64,000 nt of DNA from positions 43,896,001 to 43,960,000 of the forward strand of contig OX597825.1 of NCBI GenBank assembly GCA_951406725.2. Direction: 5' to 3'. This stretch comes from Octopus vulgaris (taxonomy: Eukaryota). The stretch's first letter is position 1; every line of letters begins with the position of its first letter. Made by a program: the position numbers and the translations under genes. Shown here in pieces: positions 53,526-64,000 of this stretch. The notes under the pieces were generated by a model, which was given only the letters and a program-made list of their open reading frames with translations, had not been told where the DNA came from and ran no database searches.

Positions 53526-54113
53526 CGATAACAATGTCCTATTTCTGACACAATGGAACTACCTTTTGGTTAAATCTCTAATTTTTACAAGTGCACATTC
53601 ACCATTTTTTTTTTTTTTTTTTGCATATTCGTAATCTCCAATATCTAATTACAGCCTAGGAATCCGAAGAAATATATTTGAAGGTGAGGTGCGAAACTGC
53701 ATTAGCCCCTTTTCTTTACTCATATTTTTAGAAAAAGATTTTGCAGAAATACGTTTTCGAGAGAGTGGTTTACATGAGATTGAAAATTCAAGCAAGTTTG
53801 AAAAGAATAAGTGAAAATGCTTGAAGTTATAGAAATTAGTGCTAATGAAGTCTGGGCAGGAGAGATAAAGAATGATACACAATTCTTCTAAAAAAAACGC
53901 TAGTGTTTGTGTATGTGCGTGAAACCAGTTCTTAAAAAAAGATATATTTTACATACCTCTAAAAATCTCTGGATATATTAATCTCAGATTGCAGAAGAGA
54001 TTGAAAATGGTATTGAGTGTTTTACAAAAAAATTTCACTTTCCCTTTGGAAATTTTCGCGCCGAAATTCTTTAATCAGATAACTAATGCGTTTCACTTTT
54101 GTGTGGAAAGAGA

Positions 54114-54178
<65 letters not shown>

Positions 54179-54750
54179 CGAGAGAGTAAAGATGTGTTTT
54201 GTCATGCATGTATTCTTTTCCATGTATGTGTAAACGGCACACACTCGCACACGTATATATACACACACATACATACACACATACATACGCATACACGCAC
54301 ATATATATACACACATTTATACACACACATACATATATAAACACACAAATATGCACACACAAATGTACACACATACATACACACACACACAAAGATAACA
54401 AAAGAATACGGTACGGGTACGCTTTGCTCAACAAAGACGGTGCAGTGTAGCTAAGGAGATTTGGCTGTTATTTCTAAAGGGACGAGTGCTACTGGAAACG
54501 TTTCCTTGTCAACAAGAATTGACCCTCGTGTAAAAATTTGCCTAAAGGTTTTCCCTCTGAAATTGGTGGGGGTGAAATATCCTTGTGAAATTCGGAGAGG
54601 GGAGGTAAAATTTCCGAAGGTTCCACTTTACCCCAACCCACCGTTTTCTGGACAAAAAGGTGTTTTGTGGCATATTAGGAGCCACAAACCCCCAATAAGG
54701 CGTTTGTGGAACAGTAGGAGGTGAGGGGAGTTGATTCCACGCGAAATATC
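52690..54750. repeat. Large imperfect inverted repeat with microsatellite-filled spacer
   Basis: ~52695-53183 versus ~54391-54750 (e.g. aacagccaaatctccctagctacactgcac / gtgcagtgtagctaaggagatttggctgtt). Confidence 0.8.
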
Positions 54751-55029
54751 CGAGTTTTTTTTGGGGGGGTGAAAAACGTGGGGGTGAGTTGGTAAAAGTT
54801 TACAGAAGTTTCTTCAGAAATAATGTCGTTTACCTGTTGTTTCTAGCATGTCGGGTTTTCTCGTGGTGGTCTGGTATTTTTTACGTCTACTATTTCAGTA
54901 GAATTCAACGCATGCGTGAAACATCAGACGAAAGTGAAAGATTGGGAGATATTAGCTTTTTGAAAGCGGGTAGGTGGTGGGTGGGCGATGAAACAATACA
55001 TAGTTTCTGATCCTTCTTAAGAACAGCAA

Positions 55030-56530
55030 GCACTTTCATGCAAACCCCTGCAAATTGTACCCCCACCCTTCACTTTTAAACAAACAATAGCTCTCATTAA
55101 GCCATTAGCTATATATCAGCTGTGCTGATTCTGCCCATAAGAAAGGAACAAATAATACAATGTGGCTGTAGATCATAACACCTGAGATTGAACCTGCAAC
55201 AGGAGAGCCAATTACAAACAAAATGGTGTTGTCAAATGACTTTTCTTCTTACCAACTGATGTTAAGACCAGAACAATCAAATCAACTGTACATGTATCGT
55301 GATCTATTTCAGCAATACCTAGTTGGTATGTATGCTTAAGTTGAGAGTGAGCGTCTCCTCTACATTCATAACAATCGAAAAAAGTTAAAGGCTAAAAATT
55401 ATTTTCTCTTCCAAGATGCTCTAAGGACAGATGGTGATATTCAAAACATGGGGCACTTATAATCTTCCTATCATCATTCACAGGTGGTCCTCAACATATG
55501 CACGAACGAACACAAGATGCTATGACATACATCAGGACATATAGAAAACTAGAGCTTTTTGTCACTTTCACCTGCAATCCTAAATGGGTGGAAATGAAAT
55601 CAAACCTTCTTCCAGTATTGCAGCTACCCTCCTCAATGGGGAAAGACCTGTTCATTCCATGTTCAAGCTCCCTCTAAACCTTACAATGGAAGAATCTCAA
55701 ATGTGAAACATTTCCCAAAACTCTGCAATGGCAACAATTCTCCAACAAACTTGCCTCATTGTTTGAGATGAGTGCACTGTCACAACGTGGAGCTCTAGAG
55801 GTACTTGACCTTACCCTCAGAAACATAAAAAACAATTGCACGCTCATGGGAGGAGAAAACCGTTCTTGCAAGAGATTTTCGTCAAACGTTGCCAGTTATC
55901 CTCAAATGATCAAAAGCTGATGAGATCAATGCCTGGTTTAAAAAATCGTACCTTTGGAGACATGTGAAAAGACGTCATCATACAAGCAACACACAATCAA
56001 ATGATACTTTCTCTTAGGGATCTTATGGATTGACAACAGTCGACAAAGATCAGATTGTTCAATACCGTGTTGAATTTCTGAACACACTTAAACACACTGG
56101 TATGCCGATGCATAACTTGAAAATAAAATTGGGTGCTCCTATTATGCTGCTTAGGAATCTTGACCTATCTCACCTGAATAATGAAACTCGCTTAATTGTT
56201 ACTTCAATGAAGCCTCATGTCCTACAGGCAACAATCATAACAGGTAGTCACAAAGGAGAAAATGTCTTTATTAAAAAATTCCTCTCATACTTACAAATGT
56301 TCCATTTGAATTTAAGACATTTCAGTTTCCAGTCAAACTTTTGGTATTTGAATCTCAGAGTCAGTCCCTTAAAGTAGTTGGACGTGATCTCTCTACTGCC
56401 TGCTTCTTCCACGGCCAACTCTATGTTGCTTGCTCGCGAGCTGGAAGCAGCAACAATTTATTCATTTCGAAACCAACCAAAAATTACACAATGAATATTG
56501 TTTACCCTGAGGTGCTTCAAGATTGACAGA
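55030..56530 (+). pseudogene. Helitron RepHel remnant with internal deletions
   Basis: LFQQYLV..YA.VESERL; SSFTGGPQHMHERTQDAM; FVTFTCNPKW; DFRQTLPVI; GAPIMLLRNL; FFHGQLYVACSR (PIF1 helicase). Confidence 0.9.
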
Positions 56531-56924
56531 TTTTCATTTCGAAATTCTATTATCATTACAATTTGGATATTTTTCAATAAAATATAGATATTTTGAAATG
56601 TTATTCCATTCCTTATACCCAGTTTTTCACAGTCCTGGCGTCTTTATCGTATTCCTGCTATGCTGTTTCATCACTGGATATTCAACGCCACACAACCTTT
56701 TTACTGCGTTAGTATTTATTCTACTGCCTATATAACCTTACACGGTTAAAATATACAGTAATGCCAAATTAGTTTGTCTTGCTACATACATCTTTCAGCA
56801 AATGTTTTAAATTGATTAACGCTGACAACAGCAACATATTCCTTTGTATACATTTTATTCAGCGTTCGTTTAAAAATTGCAAAATAAATTATTTTTGTAT
56901 GAAAAATTTAATTATGCCTTCTGA

Positions 56925-57287
56925 ATTTTCTTGGAGTTTCACTTTCTTCACATTAACATTCATTCATTTGTGAATTTTATAACATTTAGTACATGTTTCA
57001 AATAAATGTTGACTTTCTGTACATTCTGACGCATAGTAACTTTTGCTAAAGTGGTCACTTTACAATGCTAGAATATTTCTTTTAGAAATATTCACTAAAA
57101 GAATTTTTTATAACTATGCTACAGAAAGTGTTTTGCATCTATATTTACTACATTTCTCTTCGCTTGAACTTCGTGTGTGTAAGTATTGCTGTTTACAATG
57201 TTCTTTTTTGCTGGAACATGTCCTAAATGTTATAAAATTCACAATTGAATGAATGTCAATGTGAAGAAAGTGAAACTCCAAGAAAAT
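56925..57287. repeat. Inverted repeat with ~75-bp arms
   Basis: ttttcttggagtttcactttcttcacatt... versus ...aatgtgaagaaagtgaaactccaagaaaa. Confidence 0.8.
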
Positions 57288-57676
57288 AATACCAAGAAAA
57301 TCAGTGAAAGATTATATATGTGTGTGTGTATTTGTGTGTATGTGTGTGTATGTATGTATGTGTATGTATATATTACACATACACGCACGCGCATGTATGA
57401 ATCTATGAGTATGTGTGTATATGTTCGTGTGTGTGTGTGTGTGTTTGTGTGCATGAGGCGTGCTTATTATCTCCAAAGAGGTCGGTCACTACTATCGTAT
57501 TAGTGTTTCGTTAGTACGGCCGTCTTCTGTTTTTCTCCTTTATTATTTTACTTTATTTTTTTATATTTCATCCCGTCAGTCTGAAACTGATGATTCATGT
57601 AATATATGTATTGTTGGAGAGCAACTACACCGTGACGTTGTGGTGTGTGTGTGTGTGTGTGCGCGCGCGCGCGTGC

Positions 57677-57713
<37 letters not shown>

Positions 57714-58314
57714 TGTGTGTGTCCGTGTGTGTGCTTGTGTGTGTGTTTGTTTGATGAAGAGTGTGAAAATGAGAATAAGGTGTAGTAAAAGTGACAGAGA
57801 AAATACATATACAAATGCGTGCATGTTGTGTTTGAACTCTTTGCTGAAGTATTTGCTTTCATTCTATATTTTCTCTTTATCTTAGTTTCCATTTTGAATA
57901 TCAAAATGCACATATTTTATATCTTATACGAAGCGCGCGGGCGCGCGCGCGTACTTACACGCGTGTGTGTGACTATGCATGTGTATGTATGTCAGTAATA
58001 GGGAGGGAGGGAGAGAAGCGAAGAAAAGTGAAAAAATGAGGTTGAGATAGAGAGAAGGCATAGTTATATGTTTTTGAGGAATGTAAAAATACAAGAAGGT
58101 GGCATAAATTTAAGATAATCAGAAGAGAGTGGGGAGACAGAGACAGACAGAAGTAGAGAGAGGGGGGAGGGGGAGAGAGAGAAGAAGAAGAAGAAGAAGA
58201 TGGCAATGGCAGCAACAGCGAGGAGTAGAGGTAGAAAAATAAGAGGAAGAGGAAAGGGGTTGAGGTTTAATAGACCGTCCTACTGAGGCTGAGTGAATCA
58301 TCATATTTGGAACT

Positions 58315-58390
<76 letters not shown>
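58315..58390. repeat. (TAG)n microsatellite
   Basis: Direct reading. Confidence 0.95.
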
Positions 58391-58622
58391 ACGCTACATT
58401 CGAAAAGGAAACTGCGTGTCAGTCGGTGGATGTGACACACTGAATTGTTGTCAAAGACTTTGGATCTTCTAACAACTTGAAGTTTTTCAAATTTCCACCA
58501 GATAATTTTCAGAAAATGTAGTTCTGATCTAGTTTTACTTGCTAATGACGAAAATCACATTCATTTAATTTTCTAGAAATTAATAATAAAGAAGTCACTC
58601 GCATTTAAAATTATATTTATCT

Positions 58623-58933
58623 CCACTTAAAAGTGGATGTTGTGTTGGAACACAGATTACTGTGATAGTTATCATCTAATATGGCCTTTTTTACCTGTAA
58701 TATGGCTTTTGGTGTATGTAAGCACTCTTGCTTACATCGCTAGTGGCAGTTAAATCAACCGCCATTCTTTCCGCCGAAACTACTAAGAGAGTACTAGTCT
58801 CTGCGATGGCGATGGCGGGTAGTTTATCTCTCGCTAGCGATGTAAACAAGAGGGCTTATATACACCAAAAGCCTATATGAATACTAACTGTCGCAGTATT
58901 CTGTATTCTAATACAGCCTCCACTTTCAAGTGG
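58623..58933. mobile_element. Palindromic MITE
   Basis: ccacttaaaagtgga...ggcttttggtgtat / atacaccaaaagcc...tccactttcaagtgg. Confidence 0.75.
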
Positions 58934-59297
58934 GATAAATATTACCATCTGGTTTTAATACTACTTGTGTCGCTAATAATTATTTAAAGTTATGCAATTT
59001 GAACCACTGGAAGACGTCCACAGCTCATGTAACGTTTGTCAGAACTGTGAAAGAAATCAGCAAAAACAACGAAGACGATACCTGTACGTGGTCTCTCGAC
59101 CTGCAAAAAATAACAACCTAATCTTCCTCAAAATACACCATAACGTTTTAACAACAGAAAGAATGACACGTAATGTGACGTGGTTGGGATATAGTTTCTT
59201 TTTCTTTTCATTCATAATTAGAGAACCATTACAAGGTAATAGGGTCCTAAATTCATGTTTATTATACATGATCTTAAACATAACGCTGAGCACGCTA

Positions 59298-59976
59298 GGA
59301 TCTTTACCTTTTGACCTACAGATTTAAAAGATAATTTTTTGTAACTAAACACTTTCAAACTTCGAACACTGGTAGAATGTGTCATCTTAGCGTTTTTGAG
59401 AAAAACTTATAATTACGAAGTTATTTCACGTTAAAGTTCTCGTATTTCGGTAATTTCAACCAATCAATGACGTGTATTCACCTGAATAAAATTACTTCTG
59501 TTGTTTGTCAACAAGAACTTCCGGCGGTGTATATTTCGTTTGTCACTGTTATTTATGACAATCCTAACCTTAAAACCCTAACCCTAACCCTAAAACCTTA
59601 CCCCTAATCCTAACCTTAAAACTATAACCTTAACCCTAAAACCCTAACCCTAAAACTAATCCTAAAACGTTAAAACTAGTACAAACGCACGAACGATGTC
59701 ATAAATAACAGTGGCAAACGAAGAATACACCACCGATAGTTGTTGTTTAAAACAACGGCAGTAATTTTATCCAGCTGAATACACATTATTCATTGGTTGA
59801 AATTACCGAAATACGAGAACTTTAATAAATAACTCCGTAAATATTACCTTTTCTCAAAAACGCTAAGAGTAAAAGATGTTTTATATGATACATTCTACCA
59901 GTGTCCGAAGTTTGAAAGTGTTTAGTTATTCTTTTAAAATTATTTTTTAAATCTGTAGGTCAAAAGGTAAAGATCC
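59298..59976. mobile_element. Merlin-like fold-back (GGATC...GATCC) with a telomere-like (CCCTAA)n core at 59560-59670
   Basis: ~260-bp TIRs; terminus matches 27560-27626; no TSD recovered. Confidence 0.75.
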
Positions 59977-59994
59977 AATATATATAACGTGTTG

Positions 59995-60025
<31 letters not shown>

Positions 60026-60544
60026 TTTTGAACTTTATGGTGTATTTTAAGGAAAATTTGACAGCTCTTCTTCTAGCAGGCCGAGATACCACGTACAGGC
60101 TTCGGATACGTTGTTTTTGTTGACTTCCATGACAACAGTTCGGACCGACGATATGTTGGCTATGGACATCTTCCTGTGGATAAAATTGCATAACTTTAAT
60201 TGCTTGTAACTTTTTTACCATTAATTTGTAGAAAAAATGAATATGATTTTTGTCAGCAGCATGCAAAACTACATTGAAACTACATGCTTTGTAAATATTC
60301 TGCTGAAATTTAAAATTTCAAGTGGTTGGAAGAAATTTGGCCAGACCCAAGACCTTAATAGTATTCCATTGGTCTATCGTACGTAATAAAGCGAGTATAT
60401 AAAGGTGTATATAATAGAAAGAGGAGGGGTGTATATAATCATCCGACGAGATACATCTGCACCGCCGGATGCTCCTAACAAAGTTGCTGAATGTCCCACC
60501 CATGATATTATACACACACATACACACACACACACACACACACT

Positions 60545-60582
<38 letters not shown>

Positions 60583-60648
60583 TATATATACTATGTTTAT
60601 ATATATGTATATATGTATGTATATAAATGTATATGTATATACTGCATT

Positions 60649-60699
<51 letters not shown>

Positions 60700-60701
<2 letters not shown>

Positions 60702-61192
60702 AGAATTCATGAAAAAAACAAAAGACGAAGACAGGTTGTATAGAAAACAAACATGTATTTGTATAACGCTCAGGAATTGAAAAAGTCTTTAACGTTTCGA
60801 GCTTACGCTCTTCCACAGAAAGGAACACAGAAAGAAGCAAGGAGAGAAACAAGGAGAGAAAAAAATGTATGTAGTGGCGACTGCCGGACAGAAGGGTCAC
60901 ACAGGAGAGCGAAGAAGTAGGGGAGATAACAAAGTAGTAATGATCTCAAAATGAAGCTGCGCGTGTGTGTAAGAGAGTACTATGTGCGTGTGAAAGAGGG
61001 CTGGTGATCTTGACGTGTGCGTGTGTGTATGTGTAGGTGTGAAAATGTGGGGATGGGAGTTGGTCAGTACTGGTGTGTGCGTAGTGGTGTGTTGTGATGT
61101 GATGTGTTGTATGGTATGGTGTAGTGTGGTGTGGTGTGATGTTGGGAGGTGGGGGAGGCGAGAGTGGGGAAAGCACGGGTGGGGTGTAGAAG
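60700..61192 (-). mobile_element. PLE 3' UTR, same family as 41080-41590
   Basis: Reverse complement of 41080-41590; abuts and truncates the mariner. Confidence 0.8.
60787..60822 (-). ncRNA. Minimal hammerhead-like motif, A6>U
   Basis: cttt CTGTGGA A GAGC gtaa GCTC GAAA cg TT aaag. Confidence 0.55.
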
Positions 61193-62189
61193 AATAAGGA
61201 GTATGAGGAAAATTTTCCCACCTAAGCTCATCGATCTTCTGTGATGTGATGTTTGCAGTGTGGGGTCGCGCATTGTCCTGATGAAACATCACGCCTTTTC
61301 GATTCCCTAAAGCGGGTGTTTTTTTCTTCAAAGCTTCGTTCAAACACTCTAATTGCTCACAGTAGATTTGAGCATTGATTGTTGCATTAGGTGGTAACAA
61401 TTCAAAATGAATTACTCCTTTGCAATCCCACCAGATAGAAAAAGAACCTTTTCCCTTGAAGTTCCCTTCTTGGTTGTGGTTGAGCCTTACCTTTTTACCA
61501 AGCCACTGTTTACGACGTTTAAAATTTCGATAGAAGATCCATTTTTCGTCACCATTCACAAGTCTATCAAAAAAGGGTGAAATGAGTTCGTGAGAATGGA
61601 GAGAAGAGCAGATGTCAACTCGGGATTTACGGTTGATTTCGAACAATTCATGAGGCACCCATTTTCCAAGTTTAGGAACTTTTCCAAGTTGTTGAAGATG
61701 ACGATGAACAGTTGTATGGTTTGAACTAAACTTTATTGCCAATTCTTCAACTGATAATGCAGGATTTTCTTCAAGTAATGCGTCAAGGAGCTTATCAACA
61801 AACTCACTGGACGTCCTGTTCGATCTTCATCTTCAAGGCTGAAATCTCCACTTCTGAATTTTGCAAACCATCTTCTGCAAGCACTTTCATTCAAGCTTTC
61901 TTTCCCATAAACTGAATGCATGTTTCGAGTTGCTTCGGCTGCAGAGTTTCCTTTTTTGTACTCATAAAGCGTTATGTGATTCAAATGCTCTTTGGATAGT
62001 TCCATGTTAGAAAGGGCTTTAATCAAAGTAATTTTAATTCCGTTATTCTGTAAAATAATATGTAATTAGTTTAAATGTACACAAATGCATAAAAATAATT
62101 TTTAATTCCATTCGACATTCTAAAATACTATTAAATTTCATTCAATTTTAAAAAAGGTAAAATTAGACAGAACTTATGGGATGACCTTA
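61193..62189 (-). mobile_element. Mariner transposon, frameshifted and 3'-truncated
   Basis: HTH region (WFAKFRSGDFSLEDEDRTGRP), WVPHEL, GDEKW, HQDNARPH, HTPYS; TIR taaggtcatcccataagttctgtc next to TA. Confidence 0.92.
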
Positions 62190-62209
62190 TATATATAGAT
62201 TTATATGTA

Positions 62210-62245
<36 letters not shown>

Positions 62246-62246
<1 letters not shown>

Positions 62247-62336
62247 GTTTAAATATTTGTTGTGCAAGATTTTTTATGTGAAGTCGTGTGTTGAAACAGA
62301 TATTGTTATATTTCGGAATGGACCATTCCGAAATAT

Positions 62337-62344
<8 letters not shown>
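62246..62344. mobile_element. Minimal PLE footprint: 3' tail plus 22-bp perfect hairpin
   Basis: 62246-62321 matches 1243-1318; atattgttatatttcggaatgg-a-ccattccgaaatataacaatat; (TA)n on both sides. Confidence 0.8.
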
Positions 62345-62393
<49 letters not shown>

Positions 62394-62398
<5 letters not shown>

Positions 62399-63014
62399 CG
62401 TCCACTCGTGACCGAGGAAGACCATTGCCGACCTTCAGGAACATTGTGCGCTCTAGGACTAACTTATATTTTGCATTTGCGGCTCCGTTGGTGGCTAATG
62501 AGTCCTGCTCTTGACAAGCATATACGACTGCAAACATTGCAGACCAAGCTTTCCCCATTCACTATACGAACCATGCGCTTTCGCACAGCTCGCTTAAGTT
62601 CTTCATGCTGGATACGTGCTCTCTCAAAAGTGTCGGTCCCCTCCTTAACCTGCTTCCTCCATCTGTGGCGATGACAGGCATTGTTCGCCCAGTCAGTGTC
62701 CTGTATATCAAAGGCCTTTAACGAGGACTTGACACAGTCCTTAAATCGCAGCCTTGGTTTCTGCCGGAGTCTCCTTCCATTCACAAGTTCTCCATAGAGC
62801 ATCTGCTTAGGAATCCTTCTATCCTCCATTCTAATAAGGTGTCCAGTCCAACGCAACCGGTGCTTGTGTACCATCGCCTCAATACTCAAGATATCAGCTG
62901 TCCTCAGGATCTGTGTGTCTGGAATTTTTGAGGTCCAGCCAACATTGAGAATGTGTCTGAGACATCTCTAATGAAAACGTTCAAGGACCCTGACCTGACG
63001 TTTGTACAGAGTCC
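62394..63014 (-). mobile_element. RTE-clade LINE 3' end with C2H2 finger
   Basis: RLRWTGHLIRMEDRRIPKQMLYGEL...RFKD; CNVCSRICLSRAGLISHQRS. Confidence 0.88.
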
Positions 63015-63119
<105 letters not shown>

Positions 63120-63157
63120 TATACATACATATATATATATATATACATATATATATA

Positions 63158-63955
63158 ATGGGCCGTGACTGCTGAGGATATGCGTAACCTCGCAAGAAAT
63201 GAAGCCAGTATGCTCCGATGGATGTGTAATGTCAGTGTTCATACTCGACAGGGTGTAAGTACCTTGAGAGAGAAGTTGGACCTAAGAAGCATCAGTTGTG
63301 GTGTGCAACAGAGACGTTTGCGCTGGTATGGTCATGTGGCGAGAATGGATAAAGATAGTTGTGTGAAAAAGTGCCACACCCTAGCGGTTGAGGGAACCTG
63401 GTAGACCCAGCAAAACCTGGGACGAGGTGGTGAAGCACGACCTTCGAACTTTAGGTCTCACTGAGGAAATGACTAGAGACCGAGACATTTGGAAGTATGC
63501 TGTGCGTGAGAAGACCCGGCAGGACAAGTGAGGCCATTACCCGTGGCCTCTACCTGGGATGTAGCCAGTCCACTTATGCATACCTTTCCTTCTTGGAACA
63601 CAAAACTCTACTTGTGAAGACCTGTTGAGGCAAGTGAAAATCAAAATCGAAATCAAAATCGTAATCGATCAACATCAATTGAATTTGTAGCTGTGATACC
63701 AGTGCCGGTAGCACGTAAGAGAACCATCCGAACGTGGCCGTAGCCAGCGCCGCCCTGACTGCCTCCGTGCCGGTGGCACGTAAAAAGCACCAACTACACT
63801 CACGGAGTGGTTAGCGTTAGGAAGGGCATCTAGCTATAGAAACACTGCCAGATCAGACTGGGCCTGGTGCAGCTTGCTGGCTTCCCAGACCCCAGTTGAA
63901 CCGCCCAACCCATGCTAGCATGGAAAGCGGACGTTAAACGATGATGATGATGATG

Positions 63956-63956
<1 letters not shown>
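63158..63956 (+). mobile_element. RTE-clade LINE 3' end with (GAT)n tail
   Basis: EASMLRWMC...RRLRWYGHVARM; tail ggaaagcggacgttaaacgatgatgatg. Confidence 0.88.

Positions 63957-64000
<44 letters not shown>

Larger units (their letters stand above)
58474..60325. mobile_element. Old fold-back element hosting two younger fold-backs
   Basis: 58474-58565 / 60235-60322 and 58985-59148 / 60031-60200 are inverted pairs. Confidence 0.6.

Noticed and set aside
60897-61742. 281-aa ORF as a novel mariner fusion protein
   Set aside because: The His/Thr-rich tail is read-through into a PLE 3' UTR; the transposase lacks its N-terminus by frameshift and its third catalytic Asp.

Overview
This is eukaryotic, AT-rich, non-genic DNA made almost entirely of microsatellites and nested transposable elements. 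The SINE families and repeat composition suggest an octopus/cephalopod genome (inference). I can support no host gene; most ORFs in the track are simple-repeat artefacts. Recognisable elements are Penelope-like elements (RT + GIY-YIG), R4/Dong-type and RTE LINEs, Tx1/L1-type fragments, a decayed Gypsy provirus plus a solo LTR, tRNA-derived SINEs, mariner, Tigger, hAT, Merlin-like fold-backs and a Helitron remnant. Three signals stand out. (1) A 1.8-kb ORF1-only retroelement with an intact gag-knuckle ORF sits inside a SINE head, and a related 3' tail joins another copy of that SINE at the same nucleotide, suggesting a SINE-targeting family. (2) About 13 minimal type-I hammerhead-ribozyme motifs from several Penelope-type families occur here, including a G3:C8 core swap, A6 variants and long stem-II forms. 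(3) A size series of asymmetric palindromes lies between microsatellites and looks like collapsed Penelope insertions. All calls were made by eye; coordinates are approximate to a few bases unless TSDs are quoted.
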